64,000 nucleotides of DNA from Octopus vulgaris (Eukaryota), in contig OX597832.1 in the NCBI GenBank assembly GCA_951406725.2, positions 3,286,001 through 3,350,000 of the forward strand, in the 5' to 3' direction. Under the pieces are notes generated by a model, which saw nothing but the letters and a program-made list of their open reading frames with translations, did not search any database and was not told the DNA's origin. A program made the position numbers and the translations under genes. The first letter of the stretch is position 1. Each line of letters opens with the position of its first letter. Below, one piece after another: positions 35,320 through 49,418 of the stretch.

Positions 35320-35550
35320 GGCGGCAAGCTGGCAGAAACGGTAGCACGCCGGGCGAAATGCGTAGCCGTATTTCGTCTGCCGTTACGTTCTGAGTTCAAA
35401 TTCCGCTGAGGTCAACTTTGCCTTTCATCCTTTCGGGGTCGATAAATTAGGTACCAGTTACGCACTGGGGTCGATGGAATCGACTTAATCGCTTTGTCTG
35501 TCCTTGTTTGTCCCCTCTGTGTTTAGCCCCTTGTGGGTAGTAAAGAAATA
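35320..35550 (+). mobile_element. SINE family B, CpG-intact (young) copy
   Basis: GGCGGCAAGCTGGCAGAAACG...CCTTTCATCCTTTCGGGGTCGATAAATTAGGTACCAG; most CpGs retained. Confidence 0.9.
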
Positions 35551-36163
35551 TATGTTAAATGCTAACTGCGGCTGCCAGTCTGCTGGAGGAATTTGATGAG
35601 AGGTGTCTGCTATTTCTTACAGGTCTTGCTTGACCTAACAAAAATAACAGGCAAATGAGTCTCTGTCAATGCACACTATAATGCTTTCAAAAGGGGAGGA
35701 CACAGATAATAATGTTGTCTTAGATAAACTACATGTTAAGTTATAAAAAGGACTGTGATAATCCCACTAAAGGGCCAGATAAGCCAGAAGCTTTACAAAT
35801 CTCTACATGATGCTTGTCAAGTAATTTATTGCTTATTTCTTGGCCTAATTCTGAATAAAAATATTTCAGAAACATGTGGAATAAATACTTTACCTCCGAA
35901 ATGCATTATACAAAGAGGTGAACAAATTTCAAAACTGCAAATTCTAAATGATGGAATGTTACATTCTAAATGTCAACTATTCCTAGACTTCTTTCATGTT
36001 TCAAATTAAATACTAATGTGAACTTATGTAAAGTAATTGTTTTTTAAACATGATTCTCCATTTATTGTGACAGAAGTCTATGTGTTCAAGCAAAAGGAAC
36101 TGGATTATATTTCTACAAAAATCCAAACTTCATAGACTTTGATGATAACATTTTCCCATCTTA

Positions 36164-36365
36164 AGGTAGGGAGCTGGCAGAATTGTTAGCATGCAGAGCA
36201 AATACTACGTGGTATTCTATTTGTTTTCACATTTTGAGTTCAAATGCCACTGAGGTCAACTTTGCCTTTCAATAAAATGAGTACCAGTTGGACACTTCTG
36301 TTGATGTAATCAACTTACTCCCTCTCCTGAAACTGCTGGCCTTGTGCCAAAACTTGAAACCAATA
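36164..36365 (+). mobile_element. SINE family B
   Basis: GAGCTGGCAGAATTGTTAGCA head and AATAAAATGAGTACCAG core. Confidence 0.8.
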
Positions 36366-36469
36366 TAACCCCATCTTAACTTCTTGCCTCTCAGCCAGAA
36401 TAGAGACCAATGCAAGTTGTCACAAATGAGTATGCAAGTATGGTATGTACACTCACACACACACATGTA

Positions 36470-36642
36470 AACTTATATACATATAAGTATACAACTGCAC
36501 ACACACGCACATATACATAGATACAAATATATATATATATAGATATAGATATATTCGCATATATATATGTGTATACATATATATATATATATATATACGT
36601 ATATGTTTATATATATATATATATGTATATGTATATATATGC

Positions 36643-36684
<42 letters not shown>

Positions 36685-36817
36685 GTATATGTTTATATAT
36701 ATATATGTATATATATGCGTATATATATATAATAAATAAAATATATGCATACATACAAACATATGTACGTACCGGCATCTACATGTATATATACATGCAT
36801 ATATAAATATAACACAC

Positions 36818-36875
<58 letters not shown>
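36470..36875. repeat. Compound (TA)n/(CA)n microsatellite
   Basis: Direct reading. Confidence 0.9.
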
Positions 36876-36878
<3 letters not shown>

Positions 36879-37263
36879 ATTCATCACTATATTCACTGTG
36901 GTGTTTATTTTGACCATATCACGCCAATGAGGTACTTGGCGGGCAATTCAAATCTGGCCTTGTACATACGTGCATATATATGTATGTATGGACGTTCGTA
37001 TATGTAAGTATAATGTTTGTTCTGTATATATATATTTGTATTTATCTGCAAATGTGGTATATTCAACTGACAAAAGCAGAGCTTATTTGAAGCAAAGCTA
37101 GAAATCCAGGATTTTGAATTATTCATTAATATCTTTTTGCTAGTTTATTTTGTCTCTCTGTCTTATCTCATGGTGCGATATGAACATTTTAGGTGGTTTT
37201 TAGAGTCAGGGTTTGACTGCTATTTCGGCATGGTTGTGTCTCTCAGATACCCTTATTTATAGT

Positions 37264-37295
<32 letters not shown>

Positions 37296-37303
37296 CGTAT
37301 ATG

Positions 37304-37366
<63 letters not shown>

Positions 37367-37742
37367 ATAAATGTAGTATAAACAATGGAAAAGACTAAGA
37401 GAATGAGAGAAAGTAATGACTGTTTGAGAAGAAGAATGCAGAGTGTTTCTTCTGTTCTCAACAGAATAAAGTAAAAGACAGCCATTCAACTCTGTGTGAG
37501 TATATGTGTTTACATGTGTATATGCAAAAGGGAGGTATGTGAATGTATGTGTATGCTTGTGTGTGTGTGGGGAATGTGTGAGTGTGTGCATGCATAACGG
37601 AGGCATTTCTATGCATGTGTAATGGAAACGTACAACTCTGAAGATCAAAACAGTGATCATTCCAAATTTCTTTGAGTATATTTATGTGTGTGATTGGGAA
37701 ATATTTGAATGCTTATATCTGTGATTGCTCTGTACTTCATTT

Positions 37743-37837
<95 letters not shown>

Positions 37838-38343
37838 ATATATATATATGTGTTTGTGTGTGTGTGTGTGTATATATATATTATAGGGCAACATTATTCT
37901 TACAAGGTGGAAAAATATATACATATGCACATACACATATAGTTTCCATCTACCAAATCTATTCATAAGGCTTTGGTTAGCACAGGGCTGCAGTAAAAGA
38001 TATTGCTCAAGGTACCAAGCAGTGGTACTGAGCCCAACACCATATGGTTGAGAAACAAACTTCTTACCATACACCTACACCTCTGCCTATATCCATACGT
38101 CAGAAAGTTTTGTAGAATTCCCTCTCACTGTTCCTACTTTCTTTCCCTCTGTTTTTACTACTGAACTTTTGGATTAAAACCCTATGATATACCAAATCAA
38201 TTTAACCAACCTGAAGAATTCCTTGTATTTTAAAGATTATTTTGGTTATTTGCAGTATAAGAAGAAATGTGATAAACCAGAACAGGAAATACGCAAAAGT
38301 AAAAAAGTACAGAAAGTGTACGTATTCGAGTATACATGAGTGA

Positions 38344-38414
<71 letters not shown>

Positions 38415-39162
38415 AGTGTGTGTGTGTGAAAGAAATAGAGAGAGAGAAAGAATGAGAGTGGGGAAGAGGGATAGTTGAAGAGCAATATGCTTTCTTAAGA
38501 CTGTTGCTGCATATAAGACGGAATCTTGAAAGGCTCCTGTAAAGCAGGAATATCAGTCTATTTGACATTATTCCTGTCTAGTGAACTCAGCTGCACAATA
38601 ATAACTTTTTATATTACACCATCTGCTATGGCACAAGCAAATAGAACCAATAAACTTTAAAATTTAACTTTTCAGTCAATGTCAAGAAAATGTCAGGCAG
38701 TCATAGGCTGGTTTAAATTTGAAAAAAAAACCCCATTTTTTGAAGTTTCTTTTTTGCAGATTTTGCTTTAATTATGTAGCTACACCGTTGACCTCACTTG
38801 TAAATGTTGACTTATTCTATGCTATATTAAAATGATTCAACTAAACTAAGAACTTCAACATTATAGTTGTTACAAAATACTTATGAAACTAGGACAGGAA
38901 TCAGTTTAATCAACAAGGAATACTTAGAACATACACACACATCACTAGGACAAGATTGGTAGACACTGCCTTCAAATTCTATTGCTACAGCCAAGAGAGT
39001 CAGTCATTCCAGTGTGAGCCTTTGCAGTCATAGCAAACACTATCCTGCTAATAAGACCAAAACAAGGCTTTTTAGGTGCAGATCACATACATACATCTTA
39101 TTATGGTACCCAAAAGGCTAACAAATACTACAACAATAACAATAACAATCACGCACATGCAC

Positions 39163-39199
<37 letters not shown>

Positions 39200-41874
39200 T
39201 CTAAAAAGTACATTGAACTTTGTAAAGCGTATTTAAATGTACATCTGGTTGTACATGCCAGACCTTGATTCTGCATCCAATCTGCTACCTCAAGCATTTC
39301 CCACATCTCATCCTCCCAACACCCAATGGTACTATGTGGCATTTGTAATTAGTTGAGAGCAGTATCACCACATATTTCATCATCCTCACTGTTTTGTACT
39401 ACTATCTATCCCCTTCTCCTCTTGGAATCGCCTTCTATTAACATCCATTCTTCATTCTCATTATCATCCCTTTCTACAGAAATTTTACTGATCAATCCCT
39501 TTCTGTGCCTTCAGTGATCTTTCCCTTTCCTTTGAGCTACATCTTAGGTCTGCCATATCTCATCTTTAATACCTCTCATACATGCTATCATTCTCAAATA
39601 TGCCTTTGTTGATCTCCTCTTCCTCCCACTGTTGTTATTCTGCTCATGTAGGTATGAAATGTATAGGATACATGTAGATGTTCCAGAGAAATATAGGGTA
39701 TAAAAAGGTATGTGTTGGTGAAAAGTAAGTGTGTAAGTATTTAGAGTTCTTCATTCATGAGTGTATTTATGAGAATTACTCCGCCATTTCTAATATAGAA
39801 AATGTAAGTTGGTGCAAATGTTTTCCACAAACTCAAAGAACAATATACCTCAGGTTTTCTGTTAGAATTATTCATCTCCTGGGTCAGTTGGCTTTGCGAT
39901 AGAGTCCAATCCACCCTGGTTGGCAAAATGTGCTCATGGGAACAAAGCCAGAAATCTCTAAGACCTTGTGCATGCATATATATCATGGAATTGGATGGCA
40001 ACTGACTCATCTGAGTCCATTCTGCTTTTCGTTCCGCTGGTTGTCCAAGCAGGCTTGCCGTTGTTACTGGCTTAGACCAGATGCAATATGAAAAAATCTG
40101 GAGATTTCCTATTATTTCAACATTTCAATAGCTATCAACAAATTCCAAATCCCTTTTCATTTATATTGGAGTATATCTGTCTTCTTCCATCTTTTTCTTA
40201 TGGCTAACTTTAAGATAAAACACATGAATAGGATACGAGTATGTAACTGTTTTGGAGAAAATTATAGGAACTGAAGATAATTCCTGCATGCAGTTGTTCA
40301 AATTACAATAACAATAATATGGAAATAGAGTACCATAATAAAATTGTTTTGAAACTTAGTCATGTAGGACACTATCCATGCTCTGTTTCAAGCCATAATG
40401 GGGCTATAGAAAGCAGACCACATTGGTAAGTTTGAAAGCATAATTAGCAAGCCAATTATGATGATGAATGATGATGACAAAAACGATGATGATGATAATG
40501 ATGAAAAAGAAAAAGGAAAAAGAAAGATGAAGATATAATGTCAATAAGAAACACAATTTGTTTTAGTTTTTCTTTAGTTATTTCGGAGGGAAGATAGTTT
40601 TATAGTTAAACTTTTATATCTTCGTTTATAATCTTTTACTTGCTCTCATTTTACCTTGATTCTGGATTGAAATGATTTGATGATGGAACGGTATATTTTA
40701 GAGTAACTATTATGAGTGCTGCTAATTTAAGTGGTCTTTAAGGGTTAAAACTGACAGAACCTCTAAATGGTTTAGCTAGTTTAATATTCATCTGTGATTT
40801 GCCATGTTATATTAGCTTATTTGCATCAAGCTTGATTGAAATTAAGAAATTGAAATGAGCTTTTATTTATGTTTTAGTATATGGCACAGGAAGTGCAATA
40901 TGTTATAGTCTTGTGGATGAACCTTGTCTCAAGCAGTTAGTAATACAAATCCAACTAGCTTGTCATTTTATACTATTGCAAAATTAAATCACATTATTAG
41001 CACTAAACACACCCACACAGATGCACTTCTTTAGCTATTGTTTATACTCTCACATACAAATTATATATACATTTTCATGTATGTTTAAATGAATGCAATT
41101 TTACAATGCAATGCAAAAATGTATGCACTCAAGCAATATTTCTTGTGATTTTGACCCATATTTGGGCTGGTATTTGCTGATGTAGACAATTGAAAAATAT
41201 AAAGTGATATAGAAACAGGTTACACTAATAGCTTAACAAACTGGTTCTGTTTTGGCTTAAATCAGAACATGTAAAAAAAAAATTACGACAAAAACAGAAC
41301 ATTGAAATGAACCACATTTATAGAATAAACTAGACCAGTGTTTTATTTTTTATTTCTTTAATTGCTTGTTTATCTTTCTGGGTGGTCTTTTTGTTTCTTA
41401 GCACCAATGTAAAAAAAAAAAAAATGAGTCATAAGTAAGACATGGAGCAGGTTCTAGCAACATTGCCACAAAAACTTTTCCAAAAATGAACATCAGTTGT
41501 TCTTTTAAGAAATTGAAAGATATTAATTTCCTACTCAAAACTTATTCTAAACAATATTCCTTCTGTTTACACTTTTATCATAGCAGAAAATAAGTTAAGA
41601 ACTAAATTGACCAGCAGTGATGACAATTATATACATAAGGAATGAAGCTGGTCAGAGAAAGATACGGAAAATACATTAAGGAATCTGAGATGTTTCCGGT
41701 TGCAAAAATGTAAACACTGAAGAAAAGTCTAAGAGCTTCTGTGATAAAAGAGTTGGATAGTAGAGAATTTATATAAGAGAGAATCTGTTGCAAGTAACAT
41801 GATATGGTTACATTGGCAGTTTCTATTTTGTTATATTAACATAATCATTAAAGGATTTATATATACATACATAT

Positions 41875-41921
<47 letters not shown>

Positions 41922-42087
41922 TTTAAAATAATAATGGTGAAAAATTGAATATTAATTTGATTAATATTAATTTAAAACCAGTGGTCTAGCATATTGAAAA
42001 GTCTGAGGATTCAGAAAAATTATTTTACATACATATAAGAGGGATGGCCACTAAGTGGACATCCCTCTATGTGTATATGTATATATG

Positions 42088-42123
<36 letters not shown>

Positions 42124-42432
42124 TATTTATGTATGTATATACACAACTGTTTCTTATCAATTCAGTCAGCTTTGCCCTTTCCCATTGAAATTTATGCCCC
42201 CTAGGAGAAATCAATATTTATAAAAGAGCAGTGGAGTGGAAGAACAGTAGGGTATAGGACAAAAATGCCATGCAACATTTAGTTGTAGCCTTTCATATTC
42301 TGCATTCAAATTCTGTTGAGATTGACTTTGCTTTCCATTCTTCTGGAATTGATTAAACAAGCACCAGTTAACTACTGAAGTGAACTGAAGGTAACAATAC
42401 ACTGTGTCTACAAACGTGTACATAAGTTAGCA

Positions 42433-42471
<39 letters not shown>

Positions 42472-42473
<2 letters not shown>

Positions 42474-43020
42474 GCCAGTGAGCTGATAGAGACAAATTGC
42501 TGGACAAATTGCTTAGTAGCGCTTTGAGTACAAATTCTGCCAAGGTTGACTTCGCCTTTCATCCTTTTGGGGGTCAATAAAATAAGTACCAGTCAAGTAC
42601 TGGAGTTGATGAAACTGACTAGCCCTTTTCCCCAAAATTTCAGGCCTTGTGTCTATAGTAGAAAGGATTATTATTATTATCATTATCTTTTTCAGTTTTG
42701 TTTCCATTTCTTGCCGAGTGTCTTCCCAACACCTAGGGCAAAGAAACTCACTGTATACATTCGTAGGCCATTAAAATGTACATACCAGGTTGTTCATATT
42801 ATTATTATTATCAAGGTGGTGAGCTGATAAAATGCACATAGCGTTTAGTAGTATTTTGTCTGTCATTATGCCCTAAGTTCAAATTCCACTGAGGTTGACT
42901 TTGCCTTTCATCATTTTTAAGTTGAGGAAGTTAGTACCAGTTGAATATTGGGGTTGATGTAATCAACTAGCCCCTACTCTCCAAAATTTTAGGGTTTGTT
43001 AATTTGATAAAAAGAATTAT
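42472..43020 (+). mobile_element. Two SINE family B copies (about 42472-42670 and 42813-43020) with (ATT)n flanks
   Basis: Shared head and core motifs; (ATT)n at 42433-42471 and 42667-42687. Confidence 0.8.
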
Positions 43021-44479
43021 TTGTTTATTTATTGCTATAATTGGTAAAGATGATGGAGTAATGGCACCTTATATTTCTAAGTTAAAATCCTACCTGTTTT
43101 TTTTTTTTTTTCTTGGGTTAGTAAAATAAATATCACTCATGTACTGAAATCAATTCAATTTTCCCATGGGAAGGGGCCAAGCTTATTGAATTGATAATAG
43201 TGTACAGTCATCTATATATGTCAGTGCACACAAGCCTAGCTATTTATAACTTTTTATAAATAACAAGACTGGTAAAAGCAGGAAAATTTTCAAGAAATAT
43301 ACATGAAAACCGACAGCTTGAAGATGTTTAATCAATATATTCTTCATTGTATTTAATAATAATACAAATGTCAAATTGCTATTGTGATTTGATTACTCTA
43401 TAGTTGTATAATAGTTACTTTTCTTGTTTTATTCATCTAAAGTGTCGCTAATCTCTTATTAGAAATTTAAATTTATTTCTTGTTGACAAATGCAGTTAAG
43501 CAAGTTATCCTTTGTGTTACAGTGACTAGGTCAAGTAAATATATACTATATAGGGACAATTTCTCAAGGCTTCAACCTTTGCTCTGAGGTACTATCTAAA
43601 CAGGGATTGGCTCTGATACAAAATTGTGGACAGACTTCTTCTGCAATACTATAAAAGACAGACTAATAAAATTAATGCTAATTATAAAATTGCTATTTGA
43701 TTACTTGAAATATCTGAAGTAAGATATGTTTTAGTTTACAGAAAGAAAAAGATGGGACATCAAATGACTTTTTTTTAATATATTACCAATGTTGTTTCAC
43801 TCTTAACAACCACTATGTTTTTCAAAGTGTTCCTTCCAAATATATCCTGACAGTTCTATGATAGTGTAGAATAATACATGTTACAATTGTATAGGTAAGA
43901 ACGAAAACAGATGGAAATGCCATCTTTTGTTAAGGACCTTGGTGAGTGAAAACCCTCATCTAAATTATTTATAGTTATATGTTTTAATTATAGATTATGG
44001 TTTCATGTGTTAACAAGATTCAATAGGGTAATTTAGGAAGTTCCTAAAGTTGCGTGGAGTAACACATAATTAATCAAAGAAATAACAATTATCTACCTTC
44101 AAATCTTGTTCCTTAAGATAATGCATTTGGGCACAAATTTTTATTAACACAACTTGGAACAATGACTTTTTTTCCTGTTCGCTTAGTTTTAAATATGTCC
44201 ATATAAAAACATTTGGCATTCTCCATATGAAACAATTAACTTTAAGCTTTCATGATGAGAAAACAAGTGGCATTTATATAAAAAAAATGGCACTTAAAAG
44301 AGACAAAATGGCCAATAGTTAAGGAGAACAGTCAACCAGACTATTTTTATGAACAAAAATATTGTTACTTATTTCAATGGGAACAGTGTAGGTAATAGCA
44401 TAAAAATTGTGAGATAATGAAGACAACCAATATATGCCTGAGCAAGATGCTATTCCATTGCTGGGCTCAAGACTCAGAG

Positions 44480-44657
44480 GAGGGACAATTCAGTTACTCT
44501 CACCCCCAGTGCTTGACTGGTACTTTATTTTATTGACCATGAAGGGATGTAAAGCAAAGGTGACCTTAGTGGGATTTGAACATAATATGTAAAGAATAGG
44601 AGAAATGTTGCTAAGCATTTTGTCCAATGTGCTAATGATTCTGCCAGCAACTCACCT
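44480..44657 (-). mobile_element. SINE family B
   Basis: Reverse-complement head TTCTGCCAGC and core CTGGTACTTTATTTTATTGACC. Confidence 0.75.
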
Positions 44658-44710
44658 TTCAAAAGCAATAAAGAATATATATAGATATATAAATATATAT
44701 AATTATATAT

Positions 44711-44830
<120 letters not shown>

Positions 44831-44849
44831 TATATAAATATATATACTT

Positions 44850-45207
44850 TTATTCTTTTTCTTTTACTTGTTTCAGTCATTTGACTATAGCCATGCTGGA
44901 GCACTGTCTTTAGTTGAACAAATCGGCCTCAGGACTTATTCTTTGTAAGCCTAGTACTTATTCTATTGGTCTCTTTTGCCGAACTGCTAAGTTACAATGA
45001 TGTAATCACACCAACATCAGTTGTCAAACATATACATACATATATACGACAGGCTACTTTCAGTTTCCATCTACCAAATCCACTCACAAGGCTTCGGTCA
45101 GTCTGAGGCTATAGTAGAAGACACTTGCCCAAGGTGCCATACAGTTGGACTGAACCTAGAACCATGTGGTTGGGAAGCAAGCTTCTTACCACATAGCCAC
45201 ACCTGCA

Positions 45208-45210
<3 letters not shown>
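44850..45210 (-). mobile_element. SINE family A inserted in (TA)n
   Basis: Matches 63250-63668; (TA)n on both sides. Confidence 0.9.
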
Positions 45211-45267
<57 letters not shown>

Positions 45268-45268
45268 A

Positions 45269-46145
45269 GTACATTGAAAAAGTATCTGATTTTATTTTTT
45301 CCCAACAAAACTAATACCACTTGGACCAAATCCTTTAGGTGGAAGGTGATGCCACCCTTCCTGTGCATGCATTCAAAATTATCATGTTGGTAGGCCACCT
45401 CAGTTCCTGACTGTTATGTCTTTAGTACAAATATGTGTATGCTTGTCGGATTTTCGTCTTCACACAAGATGGCTGAACGCATCACACAGAGACCATATAC
45501 CTATGTCTTATCACCAGTGATAATCATCTTCATGAAATCTGGGTCATGGTTTGTACAGTCCAGGATGTCTTGAGTGATTTCCATGCAGAGTTGCTTCTGC
45601 TGCTCTGCCAGCATTTTGGGGACAAACTTTGCCAATACTCTCGGCATGCACAAATCCTTTGTGAAAATGGAATGCACTGATCCTGTGTTTATTCCTACTT
45701 CATGAGCAATTTCCTGGATTGTTATATGGTGGTCTTCCATGACTGCTTGCCGAACCTGCTGAATCAGCTCCTTGTTTTGACTTGTGGATGGCCTGTTTGA
45801 GCATGCCTTGCTCTCCACTGAACTATAGTTATATTTAAAGTGATTGCACCACTTCTTGATCTGAGTTTTGTCCATGTCCTTACTGACAAAGACCTGCTGA
45901 ATCTCCTGGATGGTTTGAGCTTCAGTATCACCTAGCTTTTGACAAAACTTCATGCAATATCCCTGGTTGATGTGATCAGTGAAAACAGTAATCTGACAAG
46001 TGTGCACATCTGTACTCTAGGCATAACAGCCAGGAACTGATGCAGCATACCATGAAGGGTGATGTCACCTCTCACCTAAAGAATTTTGCCGACATAGTAT
46101 TAATTTTGGCAGGAAAAAATAAAGTCAGATGCTTTTTGAATGCAC
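45269..46145 (-). mobile_element. Internally deleted mariner element with ~49-bp imperfect TIRs and transposase remnant (ORF 45501..46007)
   Basis: TIRs GTACATTGAAAAAGTATCTGA.. (45269-45317) and ..TCAGATGCTTTTTGAATGCAC (46097-46145); mariner HTH region, KFVPKML linker and IITGD (first catalytic Asp). Confidence 0.88.
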
Positions 46146-46188
<43 letters not shown>

Positions 46189-46598
46189 ATAGAATAATTT
46201 TGAGTTGACAAGGATTTCAAATTTCACCTGAAAATCCTAGTCAACTGGAAATTATTAATAAATTTGACTCTGCTTAGGAAATGTTTTTCTTGTTTTCTAT
46301 CAACTGACCAATATCACTGAATGCATGTATATATAAGAATATGTATCATATGTATGTATATATATAAATTATTAAGTTGGTTATTTGCAATTTAGAACCA
46401 AAAAACAATATATTTATATATATGTATACCCATACATATATATGTATGAAAAGGTTTAATGAAGCTGCTCACACACTAGAAAATTATTCTTCCCAAAAAT
46501 GGTTAGTAACATCCTCATAAAAGATTTCATAACATTTAAAAAAGAAAAATACTTTTTTTAAGAAAATCTCCTTTACACTTCAAAAACTGTATATAGAC

Positions 46599-46602
<4 letters not shown>

Positions 46603-46690
<88 letters not shown>

Positions 46691-46916
46691 ACACACACAC
46701 ACACATATATACATACACACATATATATATACATACACACACACATATATACATACACACACACACACACACACATATATACATACACACACACACACAC
46801 ATATACATACACACACACACACACATATACATACACACACACACATATACATACACACACACACATATACATACACACACACACACACATATACATACAC
46901 ACACACACACACATAT

Positions 46917-46968
<52 letters not shown>
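46603..46968. repeat. Compound (TA)n/(CA)n microsatellite with repeated ATATACATAC(AC)n units
   Basis: Direct reading. Confidence 0.95.
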
Positions 46969-46969
<1 letters not shown>

Positions 46970-47115
46970 AAAGCAATAAAGATTCAAGTTAATTTAAATG
47001 AATTTACTTGAATATGGTACCTAACTTAGATGCACCAAAAAAAACTATACTGATTTAACAATACAGTAATGTGGGGTGATTATAAGCGAGAATGAAGCAA
47101 CAAGAATGGATAGGT

Positions 47116-47206
47116 TTTTAGTACAATCGTTTCATACAAGGACAGGTTTTATTAAAAGTTGCAAAAATTACAGCATATAAACGCGTCCCGTACTCATCAG
47201 CTAAAA
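47116..47206 (-). ncRNA. Type I hammerhead ribozyme motif, mirror copy
   Basis: Reverse complement of 47869-47959 within the left arm. Confidence 0.7.
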
Positions 47207-47868
47207 TACATGTGAGTTCTCTAGACATCCTAGTGGTTGAGGCTATACTCATGAAGTAATGTAGATAATTAAGTAACATAAACAGATTTCAAAAGTTCAT
47301 TAAAGTTCTTTAAAGATGATGTACAGTCTTATCACAGAATTTAAAAAAAAGTCTTAATAGCATCACAGAGAAGGTGACCCAATCCATAGTGCACATATGA
47401 ATTTCCAGAGATATGATGAGGGATTACATACTCACAGAAGGCAAATTTATCCATTGTTAATTACAACGAGGTGGGTTTCAATTCCTGCTTATTAGCATTA
47501 CAGAGAGGGTGAATTAATCCTTTGTATAGATGCACAATTTCCAATGGTGTAGGTGTAAATTTCCAAGGAATTTCATATTCACAGGCGATAAATTTATCAA
47601 TGGTTGAACACAATGAGGTAGGTATCAATTCTTGCTATATGATTAGGTATTTGCCACATTAATCACATTACTGCTATTTACAAGAGGCTGTAGCTATTTA
47701 ACTTTTAAAGGCTGAAGGGCTTACTTTTTTTAAAATTCTGTGATAAGACTGTACATCATCTTTAAAGAACTTTAATGAACTTTTGAAATCTGTTTATGTT
47801 ACTTAATTATCTACATTACTTCATGAGTATAGCCTCAACCACTAGGATGTCTAGAGAACTCACATGTA

Positions 47869-47959
47869 TTTTAGCTGATGAGTACGGGACACGTTTATAT
47901 GCTGTAATTTTTGCAACTTTTAATAAAACCTGTCCTTGTATGAAACGATTGTACTAAAA
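47869..47959 (+). ncRNA. Type I hammerhead ribozyme motif (minimal, Penelope-type)
   Basis: Stem I TTTTAG/CTAAAA, core CTGATGA (47875-47881), stem II GTACGGGACA...TGTCCTTGTAT, GAAA (47942-47945), minimal stem III C-GATT-G, GUA cleavage triplet ending at 47953. Confidence 0.7.
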
Positions 47960-47986
47960 ACCTATCCATTCTTGTTGCTTCATTCT

Positions 47987-48017
<31 letters not shown>

Positions 48018-48021
48018 ATGG

Positions 48022-48410
48022 ACACAGGCATAGCTGTGTGGTAAGAAGCTTGCTTCCCAACCACATGCTTCTGGGTTCAGTTCCACAGCATGGCACCTTT
48101 GGCAAGTGTCTTCTGTTATAGCCTCAGGCTAACCAAAGCCTTGTGAGTGGATTTGGTAGATAGAAACCGAAAGAAGCCCATCGTATATATATATGTATAT
48201 TTGTGTGTCTGAATTTGTCCCTCCACCATTGCTTGACAACCGATGTTGGTGTGTTTACATCCTCATAACTTAATGGTTTGGTAAAAGAGACCAACAGAAT
48301 AAGTACTAGGCTTACAAAGAATAAGTCCTGGGGTCAAATTGTTTGACTAAAGACAGTGCTCCAGCATGGCTGCAGTCAAATGACTGAAACAAGTAAAAAA
48401 ACAAAATAAA
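48022..48410 (+). mobile_element. SINE family A
   Basis: GCTGTGTGGTAAGAAGCTTGCTTCCCAACCAC head through GCTCCAGCATGGCTGCAGTCAAATGACTGAAACAAGTAAAA tail. Confidence 0.9.
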
Positions 48411-48997
48411 AAAAAATATATACATACATACATACATTGTGTGTATGTATTTCAGTTTTTGTATTTGGTTTGCAAGATCCTTGATAGGATCTCATCTGTT
48501 GAAAAAGCACATTTCCTTGTATTTCAGGAGGGTCTTTATTTCAATAATAAATATACTCCCACTGACTCTATTATGCTTTTTTAAAAATTAATATTAGTCA
48601 GTTAGTCAAACGTTTAGCCAATCATTTAAATTGACTATTTGATGAGCTACTAGGGTAATCAATCATTCAGCTTGGTTTGTCAAAGGACTTTGACAAATTT
48701 ATAAGGTGTTTATACCATACTATGAAACACTTTGGTCATTATACAAACTATATATGAGTGTGTGTGTGTGTGTGTGTGTATCTTTAATCTTTTACTTGTT
48801 TCAGACTGTGGCCATGCCTTGAGGAATTTTAATTGGACATGTTGGCCCCATTACTTATCTTCTTTAAGCTTGGTACTTATCTTATTTGTCTCTTTTGCCA
48901 AGCCACTAAGTAACAAGAACATAAACACACCAACATCGGTTGTTGAGTGGTAATGGCGGACAAACACAGACATAAAAATACACACTAATATTATATA

Positions 48998-49067
<70 letters not shown>

Positions 49068-49418
49068 CATTTATATATATACATATATATATATATCGTT
49101 TGTAGAAATACATAAATCTGGAGAAGCACATTCTAAGATGTGGAGCAGTTAATATTATAATGGGGTAGGCCATTTTATGGGGTTATCATATATATATAAA
49201 CATATATGAGTGAGTGTGTATGCCTATTTGTAGGAAATTTGAATCAAAGACTTATAGAGTCTTCTTTCTATTTTTTCAGAAATCCAGTCAAATAGTTATA
49301 TTTTACAGAATTAATGCTTTAGGAAAGAAACTCTGTGTTCACTTATTTAATGGCATCTTTGACTTGGTGAAGTCATAGTTTCATTGCTAAACAGTAAATC
49401 TGTAATGATATATATATG

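Larger units (their letters stand above)
47086..47989. mobile_element. Inverted-repeat element (267-bp arms 47086-47352 and 47723-47989), probably derived from a Penelope-like pLTR
   Basis: The arms are reverse complements with about 2 differences seen by eye; 370-bp spacer; each arm carries a hammerhead motif. Confidence 0.8.

Noticed and set aside
39741-40124. Non-repetitive minus-strand open frame with a phase-0 GAG|GTATAT donor at 39849
   Set aside because: No hydrophobic signal or recognisable domain and only a weak acceptor, so I cannot support it as an exon.
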